DNA of 46,741 nucleotides. Origin: a virus (lineage: Duplodnaviria > Caudoviricetes). Below the pieces are notes generated by a model. That model was not told the origin of the DNA, searched no databases, and saw only the letters and a program-made list of their open reading frames with translations. The stretch lies in the IMG/VR virus record IMGVR_UViG_3300030397_000530, positions 1-46,741 of that record; one strand, 5' to 3'. The first letter of the stretch is position 1; each line of letters opens with the position of its first letter. Made by a program: the position numbers and the translations under genes. This document shows, one piece after another, positions 27,353 through 35,037 of the stretch.

Positions 27353-28309
27353 ATGACAAAAGTAAATAATAATCAACAAAAGGGCAAGATGTCAGCAGTT
27401 CAGAAACTGGTCAGCAGTAAGAAGGATTTAGCGGAAAAAATGGAACAGGCCGGAATGCAGCCGAAAGCCATTTTTAGGGAAATCTCTTTTGCTCTTCAAT
27501 TGGTTAATCAGGATCAGCAGTTGCAAAAATGCACTCCCGTTAGTTTGCAAAGCGCTGTGGTTAATATCGCCAATATCGGATTAACACTGAATCCGGCAGC
27601 ACAAGAGGCGGCACTGATTGCCCGTTACAATGGCAGGACCAGGCAACTGGAGGCTCAACTGATGCCGCAATATAGAGGACTTGCAAAGCTCGCCTGTCAA
27701 AATTCAAACGTAGTTGATATTACTTGCAATGTGGTTTTTGATAAGGATGAATTTTCTCTGGACCTTGCCAATACTGATAAGCCGGTAACGCACAAACCAT
27801 ATCTGAAAAAAGATCGCGGCGAGATATACGGAGCTTATGCCATTGCAACTGATGCGAACGGATTGAAAAAGGTTGAATGGATGCCGATTGAAGATATTGA
27901 GCAGGCCCGTAATTGCAGCGATGGATTCAAAGCATTTCAGAGCAAGAAAATCAAATCTACTCCCTGGCATGATTGGTTCCCTGAGATGGCAAGAAAGAGT
28001 GTCTTGAAAAGGATCATCAAGTATATCTCCGGCACAACTGAAAATGAGGAATTGTCAACAGCAGTACAGCTGGATAATGAGGATTACCCGGCTGATGCTA
28101 ATCAGATGATGTACATCGATCATTTGCTCAGAACAGCTAATATCTCAGACGAAGAAAACAACCGGATTTACAGTACTTCAAGCATGAGCAGATCAGAGGC
28201 AACTGAGACAATCAAATACCTGAAAGCAAATCAACTCGAAGGAGTCCGCTATAATGGAGGCGGCAGCATGAAGGAAATAGGCGATAGTGTTGAAAATGCA
28301 GTCAAGTGA
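27353..28309 (+). CDS. recT: RecT-family single-strand annealing protein
   Basis: GLTLNP...AALI, YRGLAKLA, V...DEF, GAYA, PW..WFPEMARKSVLKR motifs. Confidence 0.88.
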   Translation: MTKVNNNQQKGKMSAVQKLVSSKKDLAEKMEQAGMQPKAIFREISFALQLVNQDQQLQKCTPVSLQSAVVNIANIGLTLNPAAQEAALIARYNGRTRQLEAQLMPQYRGLAKLACQNSNVVDITCNVVFDKDEFSLDLANTDKPVTHKPYLKKDRGEIYGAYAIATDANGLKKVEWMPIEDIEQARNCSDGFKAFQSKKIKSTPWHDWFPEMARKSVLKRIIKYISGTTENEELSTAVQLDNEDYPADANQMMYIDHLLRTANISDEENNRIYSTSSMSRSEATETIKYLKANQLEGVRYNGGGSMKEIGDSVENAVK

Positions 28310-28794
28310 AAGACCTAATTCTTACATACACAGGTAAAGTTGAGAACGGCCAAGTATTTGGTCCACGTACCAAGCAACGATTCAGAGCAGAGGTCGGCAG
28401 GGCCTTTGAAGGCAAGCGGATCGAAATTACTGTACAGCGAAAAAAGAAGCGCAGGAGTCCGGAACAGAATCGATACTATTGGGGATTGGTGTTGAATATT
28501 TTATCTCACCAATTCAAAGAGTGGAATCCTGATCTGGAGATTACAACCGATATAGTCCATGAATGGTGCAAAGAGCGTTTTTTACCAATGATTTCCGATT
28601 GGGAGGATGTGAAGATAAAAACGCCGGAAGGAGAAAAGGAAATCCGTAAAACTACTACGCGGATGACTACAGTTCAGTTCATGGATTATATCGCTTTGAT
28701 TCAGCAGTTTGCAGCAGAGTATGGCTTTTATATTCCGGATCCGGATGAGTGGGAATTTGAGAGCGTGGAGGCTATTGATATCGATGCACACTAG
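28306..28794 (+). CDS. NinB/Orf-like recombination accessory protein
   Basis: RSPEQNRYYWG and TT.MT..QF.DYI..IQ.FAAEYG..IP motifs. Confidence 0.75.
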   Translation: MKDLILTYTGKVENGQVFGPRTKQRFRAEVGRAFEGKRIEITVQRKKKRRSPEQNRYYWGLVLNILSHQFKEWNPDLEITTDIVHEWCKERFLPMISDWEDVKIKTPEGEKEIRKTTTRMTTVQFMDYIALIQQFAAEYGFYIPDPDEWEFESVEAIDIDAH

Positions 28795-28818
28795 GTAGTA
28801 ACTAACACTTTATGATCC

Positions 28819-28905
28819 ATGAATACAGGAATACTAGTGCTGATACTGGCCTTTCTTTGGCTGATCGCACGACCACGAAAAACACAGATCAAAAGAGATC
28901 TGTAA
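28819..28905 (+). CDS. 28-aa hydrophobic peptide
   Basis: MNTGILVLILAFLWLIARPRKTQIKRDL: one TM segment and a basic tail. Confidence 0.5.
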   Translation: MNTGILVLILAFLWLIARPRKTQIKRDL

Positions 28906-28919
28906 GTGTTGCAGATGAT

Positions 28920-29270
28920 TGCAGGGCCCGGTTAGACTTCCGGGCTTAATTTGAATGATTTTCGTTTTTTCATATAGGTTTAATGATTGATTCCGGCTGC
29001 AAGGTCGCGCAGCCGGTTTTCTTTGAAAAGGTTACCAGGGTTTATTTTTTCATGTGCAAATTGATTGAAGTTTTTGGGGTTTACCGTCCGGTCACTGAGG
29101 CCGGACCTTTTCAAAGAAAGAGAGGTTATAGGTAATAGGGTTTAAGCATGTTTCTAGCCGGGCTTTTGTGATTGGATCGGCCCGGCTTTATTTGAAAAGT
29201 TGGTTTTCGTTTGATACTCACCAGGGGCGCAATTATTTTCTCTCGGTTAGGGAATTGCCCCTGGTTAATT
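28920..29270 (+). ncRNA. Hairpin-spacer array R (five GC hairpins), putative sRNA array
   Basis: Hairpins at 28924-47, 28993-29016, 29086-106, 29156-87 and 29220-65, separated by U/G-rich spacers. Four are followed by TT..GAA. Confidence 0.55.
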
Positions 29271-29295
29271 TTCTAACGGCTTTAAACAAAACATC

Positions 29296-29496
29296 ATGAA
29301 CGAAAAGGATTTGCAACTACTGGAAGATGCCAGAATGGAAGCCTGGCACAAAGGCGACAAAGAAGAGTTTGATACCCTCGGCAAAGAGGGTAAGCGATTA
29401 GAGGATGAAGATATTGAACCCAAGTATGGACCGCAGCCAGACAGATCAGATTGTCCAGCATACAAAAGCGGATGTTGGGGTATTAATTGCTGTTAA
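29296..29496 (+). CDS. Hypothetical protein
   Basis: 66 aa with Cys-rich end; A-rich leader. Confidence 0.6.
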   Translation: MNEKDLQLLEDARMEAWHKGDKEEFDTLGKEGKRLEDEDIEPKYGPQPDRSDCPAYKSGCWGINCC

Positions 29497-29517
29497 TTAA
29501 CTGGTCGGAAACATACT

Positions 29518-29739
29518 ATGCTATTAATAAGAATTAAGAATACAGTAGAGATCAAAGGAAGGCGAAACCTCAAGGAGTCCATAGGCGAGGCTATTTGGTT
29601 TTGCAAAATATTTGAATGCAATGCTGTACTGATTTGGGGGCTGAATGAGGAATACAAGTTCCCGATTACCAAAGAATCAAGAGTTGAAGAAATACAGGAA
29701 TTGGCGCATAAAGAATTTAATAAATCAAGGCTCAAATAG
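29518..29739 (+). CDS. Cassette hypothetical protein
   Basis: 73 aa, bounded by GGTCG sites. Confidence 0.6.
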   Translation: MLLIRIKNTVEIKGRRNLKESIGEAIWFCKIFECNAVLIWGLNEEYKFPITKESRVEEIQELAHKEFNKSRLK

Positions 29740-29756
29740 GGTCGAAATAGTGTAAC

Positions 29757-29969
29757 ATGAAAAAGCTAAAGTATAAGAAAATGAAGCGGCTTTTTTTCAG
29801 CAACAGGAAGAAGTTTGAAAAAAAGATTAAGAAATATTACAAGAACTCAGATAGGAGATATGAAGAAACTTTTCAGAATGAAGGGGAAAAGGAAATTTGG
29901 GTTGTGACTAATGGACATTGTTATTCATTAAAAGAAGTTTGTAAGGTGTATGTCCCAATATTTTTTTAA
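29757..29969 (+). CDS. Cassette hypothetical protein (Lys-rich)
   Basis: 70 aa, bounded by GGTCG sites. Confidence 0.6.
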   Translation: MKKLKYKKMKRLFFSNRKKFEKKIKKYYKNSDRRYEETFQNEGEKEIWVVTNGHCYSLKEVCKVYVPIFF

Positions 29970-29988
29970 CGGTCGAAATTCCGAAATT

Positions 29989-30114
29989 ATGGAAAACTTA
30001 TTAATCAAGTACGCTATAATGCTGTCCAGTAGTCCAAAAAAGGACTACAAAGAAGTACTTCGACTATTAAGAGAATTGGAGAAAAAAATTAAATCACAGA
30101 AGACCGCAGAATAG
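29989..30114 (+). CDS. Cassette hypothetical protein (41 aa)
   Basis: MENLLIKYAIMLSSSPKKDYKEVLRLLRELEKKIKSQKTAE fills the space between two GGTCG sites. Confidence 0.55.
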   Translation: MENLLIKYAIMLSSSPKKDYKEVLRLLRELEKKIKSQKTAE

Positions 30115-30264
30115 CGGTCGGTTTGATAGCATGATAATTCATTATTAAGTATAGCCACAGGCGGCTTAAGGGCTTTCGGATAAATGACCAGCCCGGATGT
30201 AAGAAGACAATCAGAGTAACCAGATCGAAAGGGATGCCGCCGCCTTTTCGGTCGATTTAGCAGC

Positions 30265-30432
30265 ATGGAAAAAGAGGAATTAATACAGGTAATAACAGAA
30301 CTCAGGGTCTTACACGACTGCAAAGATAGCCTAACAGAACACGGAGAGTCTGAATATATTAGGCTGAAAGAATTATTACTTGATCACTTGTTAGACCTCA
30401 AAGAATTAATTAACCAACCGGCCCAGTCATAG
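30265..30432 (+). CDS. Cassette hypothetical protein (55 aa)
   Basis: MEKEELIQVITELRVLHDCK...NQPAQS fills the space between two GGTCG sites. Confidence 0.55.
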   Translation: MEKEELIQVITELRVLHDCKDSLTEHGESEYIRLKELLLDHLLDLKELINQPAQS

Positions 30433-30531
30433 GGTCGAATTAAGAAGTAGACCTTTGCGCCACCAACTCGGGCGACATTGGGCGGTGGGTGGAAGCCCCA
30501 CACTTTTTTAACGGTTGTTAAACTAACTGAT

Positions 30532-30729
30532 ATGATTTTCGATTGCTTTGAAGGTAAATTAGGGAAAACCATAATTATAATGGAAGATGCAGCCATTATC
30601 CTTTATGTACATGATGACAAGAGAATACAGCAGCCAGAAGGAAAGCCAGTTAATGTTGAGTTGATAAAATTAGCTTGTATTATATGCGAGAACTTTGATT
30701 TTTGGTGGATAAGATTGCAGATTTTATAA
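30532..30729 (+). CDS. Cassette hypothetical protein (65 aa)
   Basis: ATG at 30532 follows TAACGGTTG; the ORF ends at TAACGGTCG. Confidence 0.55.
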   Translation: MIFDCFEGKLGKTIIIMEDAAIILYVHDDKRIQQPEGKPVNVELIKLACIICENFDFWWIRLQIL

Positions 30730-30800
30730 CGGTCGGTTAAATAACCACCAGAACACCCAAAGCTCACAAGAGATCGCACCTAAAACCACAAAAGACACAC

Positions 30801-30864
30801 TATTAGAAAAAGGTTAACCTTGATAATTTTAAGAAATATTAAAGTGTAATGGCTTTTGTGTAAT
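30801..30864 (+). repeat. res-like direct repeat, copy A
   Basis: 57/64 identical to 41144-41207, which lies directly upstream of the resolvase gene. Confidence 0.9.
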
Positions 30865-31031
30865 GCGCACAATTAAACCATTGAAAATCAGAGGCGCTAC
30901 AATTTGACCAGATCCAGGCACTCTTCCCAAATCCTCCCTGCCTGGATTTACAACAACAGGTGAATTTTTGACTTAACCGGCTATGAGTCGGAATGAAATT
31001 GATTTGTAAAAACTGAAAAACATTTAAGGGA

Positions 31032-31400
31032 ATGAAGATTACACAATACAGTAATGATGAGGCGACCTACACTTTTAGGGTCAACCTTATTGATTTTCCA
31101 GCAACCAGGAGAAAAAAGCCTGGTGTGTACCAAATAGATAACGTCTACATAGGCGCATCAAAAAGCATAATACCAAGAATAAATTCACACTTGAGGGCTG
31201 CTGTGAACGAAACTCACGACAACTCTAGGTTGGGCACATACCTTAAAGATAGGATTAGCAAAAACGATGTAATTGATGTCAAACTCCTTTGCGACGATCC
31301 GTTTAAAGAGTCCAATTACATACAGGCGTTAAACCCTCCTTTGAATGGCAAAGAGCAACACCTGCTTTATCATAGCCATCCAAAAACAAAAAACAAATAA
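31032..31400 (+). CDS. GIY-YIG nuclease domain protein
   Basis: PGVYQI...YIGAS....R...H...E..YI....P.LN. Confidence 0.8.
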   Translation: MKITQYSNDEATYTFRVNLIDFPATRRKKPGVYQIDNVYIGASKSIIPRINSHLRAAVNETHDNSRLGTYLKDRISKNDVIDVKLLCDDPFKESNYIQALNPPLNGKEQHLLYHSHPKTKNK

Positions 31401-31405
31401 ACGCC

Positions 31406-32302
31406 ATGAATACACTAAAGAAAATCTTATCCAGGTTAGTCGGAAATGCCAACACGCTATCCAATAACGTTCTGTTTATTGACTTCACCGGATCACACGA
31501 AAAAGGCCAGTATTTGAGCCAGTTATTTTACTGGAGCGGGAAGACCAAAATGAAGGATGGTTTTTTCGCCAAAAGCTATGCCGATTGGTACGAAGAAATC
31601 CGAATAAAAGAACATAGTATCAGGAGATACACGAAGGAATTTAAGTCATTCGGCTGGCTCGAAACAAAGGTTGTGAAATTCAATAAAGTGCCAACTCTGC
31701 ACTACAAATTAGACCAGGATAAATTAATCACTGCACTGGTGACATTTTGCGATACTGACAATTTGCGACCCTCACACGGTGCAAGGGTGGACCCTGACAA
31801 TTTGCAAGGGTCCAGGGAACCTGACACTGTGCAAGGGTCCATTAACAGAGACTTACATAGATTACATACAGAGAGAGAACGCGCGCACGAAAAAGAAAAT
31901 AATATCCAACCTAAACAAAATAATAACCCTCCAAAAGTTGCGCTAAAAGGTTCCCTGGATATTAACCCGCTGAAATACGAATCCACCGCGATCTTTTTTG
32001 CCAATCAATTACAAAAGACTTTCCCGACATCCATCAAGGAGCTACAAAACATAGTCGGCGGTAAAATCGGAGAGCATATCAAATCCTATTTCCGGAACCT
32101 ACAGAAAAAGGACGAATGGTATCAATTACAGGAACCAGACGAATCCAGGATGAATTCATGGATCTCCAAGCACTATGCCGGAGTAGAAATGTGGCTAAAG
32201 AATGAAAAGAAGTTTTGGCCAACCAAAGAAGATAAAAACAAAGTCAGATACGAAGCACCAAAAAATGTTTTCACTGCTGATCAGTTGAAAAAATCCGCAT
32301 GA
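31406..32302 (+). CDS. Replication initiator (lambda O-like, winged helix)
   Basis: LSQLFYWS...DGFFAKSY..W.EE HTH; internal iterons; directly upstream of DnaB. Confidence 0.8.
   Translation: MNTLKKILSRLVGNANTLSNNVLFIDFTGSHEKGQYLSQLFYWSGKTKMKDGFFAKSYADWYEEIRIKEHSIRRYTKEFKSFGWLETKVVKFNKVPTLHYKLDQDKLITALVTFCDTDNLRPSHGARVDPDNLQGSREPDTVQGSINRDLHRLHTERERAHEKENNIQPKQNNNPPKVALKGSLDINPLKYESTAIFFANQLQKTFPTSIKELQNIVGGKIGEHIKSYFRNLQKKDEWYQLQEPDESRMNSWISKHYAGVEMWLKNEKKFWPTKEDKNKVRYEAPKNVFTADQLKKSA
31739..31930 (+). other. Putative origin of replication (iterons plus A-rich tract)
   Basis: TGACAnnnTGC(AAGGGTCC)-like repeats at about 31740, 31756, 31772, 31795 and 31822 inside the initiator gene, followed by an A-rich tract at 31890-31930. 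Confidence 0.7.
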
Positions 32303-33747
32303 CCAACCAGGCTAACATATCAAAATTTGTTTTCGGCAAAGTGCCACCTCAAGCGGTCGAGCTGGAGCAGGTTGTTCTGGGTGCGGTTATGCAATACCGG
32401 GAAGCCTTAACCATCGCAGCAGGGGAATTGGTGCAGCAAGACTTCTATGATCAGCGCAATGGCAATATTTTCCAATCTGCTTTGGAGTTGTACGAATTAA
32501 ATCAGCCAGTCGATCAGTTAACCGTCATGGAGCGATTGAAAAAGAATGGTTTGCTGGATCAGTCAGGTGGAGTGATTTATTTATCTGAACTAACCAACCG
32601 GGTCGCATCCGCAGCCAATCAGGAGTACCATTGCCGATTGATCAAGCAGAAAGCGATTGCCAGAAAATTGATCGCCTTTGGCAGTGAATTGATCAGAGAG
32701 TCCTACCAGGAGTCTACCGATGTAATTGATTTGATCGGAAAAGCAGAGGAATCGATCTTTAATATCTCCGTTCGCAACAGTGGCAGTATTTCGGGAATGT
32801 CGCAAGTCATGAGCAAGGTAGTTGCCAGAATGCAGGAAGCCCAACAGTCAAAAGACGGCATTACCGGAGTGCCAACCGGCTATGCAGATATCGATCGGTT
32901 ATTCGGAGGATTGCAACCACAGAAAACCTATATCATCGCTGCCCGTCCTGGAATGGGTAAAACTGCCCTGGTTTTAGGCATGGCAAAAAATGCAGCAGAG
33001 TTTGGCCGATCCGGAGCTTTCTTCTCCCTGGAAATGGGTGATGTAGAACTAGGAACCAGATTGGTGTGCGCAGAGGCTGGCATCAATGGGGAAAAGGTAA
33101 ACACCGGCACACTGGACGAATCCGAACAGCAGCAGTTTATGGCAGCAGCGGAGCGGTTGTCTGATCTAGGGATTTACATAGACGATACTCCTGGAGTTTC
33201 CATCATGGAAATGCGAAGCAAGGCGAGGCTGCTAAAAGCGAAGAATGATATTCAATATATCATGGTCGATTATATCCAGTTAATGGAGGGTGACGAAAAG
33301 CACGGAAACAGAGAGCAGGAAGTGAGCAAGATCAGCAGGGCATTAAAAGGAATCGCTAAAGAATTGAATGTACCTGTTATTGAGCTGGCGCAACTCAGCA
33401 GAGCTGTTGAAACACGCGGAGGAACAAAGCGACCTCAATTATCTGACTTGCGCGAAAGCGGGTCTATTGAGCAAGATGCAGATGTAGTGGCTTTCCTTTA
33501 TCGCCCGGAATACTATCAGATTTTGGAAGATGAAGAAGGAAAAAGCCTGAAAGGGATCTGTGAGTTTATAGTGGCTAAAAACAGATCAGGTAGACTAACA
33601 ACAGTCAAGCTGAAGTTCAACCCTGAAAACGCCAAATTTTCAGACATCAACGATCCGGGTGATTTTCCAACCGCTGATGATGATCCCTGGAATAGCACCA
33701 AAATACAACCAGCAAAAAGAAACGATGATGAAGACATCCCATTTTGA
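32299..33747 (+). CDS. dnaB: Replicative DNA helicase
   Basis: GKVPPQAVELE, AARPGMGKT Walker A, FSLEM, VDYIQL, QLSR, SDLRESGSIEQDAD, KNRSG. Confidence 0.97.
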   Translation: MTNQANISKFVFGKVPPQAVELEQVVLGAVMQYREALTIAAGELVQQDFYDQRNGNIFQSALELYELNQPVDQLTVMERLKKNGLLDQSGGVIYLSELTNRVASAANQEYHCRLIKQKAIARKLIAFGSELIRESYQESTDVIDLIGKAEESIFNISVRNSGSISGMSQVMSKVVARMQEAQQSKDGITGVPTGYADIDRLFGGLQPQKTYIIAARPGMGKTALVLGMAKNAAEFGRSGAFFSLEMGDVELGTRLVCAEAGINGEKVNTGTLDESEQQQFMAAAERLSDLGIYIDDTPGVSIMEMRSKARLLKAKNDIQYIMVDYIQLMEGDEKHGNREQEVSKISRALKGIAKELNVPVIELAQLSRAVETRGGTKRPQLSDLRESGSIEQDADVVAFLYRPEYYQILEDEEGKSLKGICEFIVAKNRSGRLTTVKLKFNPENAKFSDINDPGDFPTADDDPWNSTKIQPAKRNDDEDIPF

Positions 33748-33748
33748 A

Positions 33749-33967
33749 ATGCAGAATTATCAGGATTATCATGTGCTGGAATACAGCAAGTCACAGCAAT
33801 CATATAACATCTGCACGATGGATGAAATGATCAAGCGCAATATCAAATCCATGATTATCGAAAGTGAAAACGATTGGTTTTTGCTTGGTGTGTTTGGCAG
33901 TTACGAAAAGGCATCGCAGGAAATGAAAGTATTTTCTGAATTGATCGATCAAAGGCAGCGCGCTTGA
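33749..33967 (+). CDS. Hypothetical protein
   Basis: ATG 1 nt after the dnaB stop; 72 aa. Confidence 0.55.
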   Translation: MQNYQDYHVLEYSKSQQSYNICTMDEMIKRNIKSMIIESENDWFLLGVFGSYEKASQEMKVFSELIDQRQRA

Positions 33968-34266
33968 CAGCAAAGGCAAATATACAGTTAACCGAACTGG
34001 ATCTACTTGATTTGATCTTTACCCGGTACTGTATGCGCAATCTGTTCAACCTGAAAAGACGGGTTAAAGAACTTGGATTTTCAGAGGATTTGATCAGTCA
34101 CCTGGAAAGCTCAGGCGCAATTGAAATAGAATTAGCGGGACCGGATGAGTACTCTACGCACTTGAGGCGGGTAGAATACCGGAAGCAAAAAGCCACACTT
34201 TTAGATGGCTCCCGGTCCTGGATATTTGAATTTAAAAATAAATCTCATGAACAAGGAACAGATTGA
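33964..34266 (+). CDS. Hypothetical protein
   Basis: TTG start overlapping the upstream stop; 100 aa. Confidence 0.5.
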   Translation: MTAKANIQLTELDLLDLIFTRYCMRNLFNLKRRVKELGFSEDLISHLESSGAIEIELAGPDEYSTHLRRVEYRKQKATLLDGSRSWIFEFKNKSHEQGTD

Positions 34267-34615
34267 AAGACTGTATGAATTGGAGAGAGGATTGCACGAA
34301 TTGAAAAAGGAACTGAAAGGCGAAAGCCTGGTTACTGACTTGATTACTCAGGCTTGCAAGGCATTCAATTGCAGCCGCAGTCAACTCAGGGCAGATAGCA
34401 AGCTCCATTTTTTCGCAGACATCAGAAAGATCATTGCATACCAGGCAGAGCAGAAGAAATGCAGTAGACGCGAAATCGCATTGATGCTAAATCGGGATGT
34501 GTCCAGTATATCATCTGCGATCCGGAATTACAAGCACTTTGTAAGAAACGAAGATCCTCAGTTTTTGGAAATGGTCGAACGGTTTAATAGTTACAAATTA
34601 AAAATAGCAGCCTAA
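34247..34615 (+). CDS. DnaA C-terminal-like HTH protein
   Basis: AC.AF..S...L...S......R.I.AY......S..EIA..LNRD.SSI..AIR matches the DnaA domain IV pattern. Confidence 0.7.
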   Translation: MNKEQIERLYELERGLHELKKELKGESLVTDLITQACKAFNCSRSQLRADSKLHFFADIRKIIAYQAEQKKCSRREIALMLNRDVSSISSAIRNYKHFVRNEDPQFLEMVERFNSYKLKIAA

Positions 34616-35037
34616 TGGTAAATAGAGTAATCTTAATCGGCAACCTCGGCAAAGACCCGGAAGTCAGACGACTGGAAAACGGGCAGACCGTCGCCAAATT
34701 CTCACTCGCCACCAATGAGAACTACAAAGACAAAAGCGGAGAATGGCAAAAGCAGACTGAATGGCATGATTGCGTCGTTTGGAGGTCATTGGCCGAAAAG
34801 GCAGAAGCCAGTCTAAAAAAAGGAATGGCAATTTACATCGAGGGCAAACTGACGCACCGCACCTGGCAGGACAAAGACGGGAATAACCGGAAAACTACGG
34901 AGGTGGTTGGGAATTACTTTCGGGTGCTTAGTAAGCGAGAAGAAAGCAATAGCGATCCGGCACGAAGTCCAGATCCGATACCGGAACCCGAAGGAGTGAA
35001 GGAAGGCGATAGCGGAGAGGATGATTTACCATTTTGA
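34615..35037 (+). CDS. ssb: Single-stranded DNA-binding protein
   Basis: VNRVILIGNLGKDPE, TEWH, EGKL..R.W and DDLPF tail. Confidence 0.97.
   Translation: MVNRVILIGNLGKDPEVRRLENGQTVAKFSLATNENYKDKSGEWQKQTEWHDCVVWRSLAEKAEASLKKGMAIYIEGKLTHRTWQDKDGNNRKTTEVVGNYFRVLSKREESNSDPARSPDPIPEPEGVKEGDSGEDDLPF

Larger units (their letters stand above)
29497..30735 (+). repeat. GGTCG-delimited cassette array 1
   Basis: GGTCG at 29503, 29740, 29971, 30116, 30250, 30433 and 30731, and GGTTG at 30513. Nearly all follow TAA/TAG directly, and most lie 10-14 nt before an ATG. Confidence 0.8.

Noticed and set aside
28920-29270. CRISPR array or TIGR array (also 20553-20885)
   Set aside because: Hairpins differ in sequence and length, spacing is irregular, there are no box C/D-like motifs, and no cas or Nop-domain gene is present.
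30155-30250. Canonical tRNA gene
   Set aside because: No proper D arm, anticodon arm, GTTCRA or CCA; kept only as a tRNA-like fold.
29497-30735. Classical integron with attC sites
   Set aside because: Sites are ~20 bp without R/L boxes, and the integrase has phage arm-binding architecture with no evident IntI insertion.
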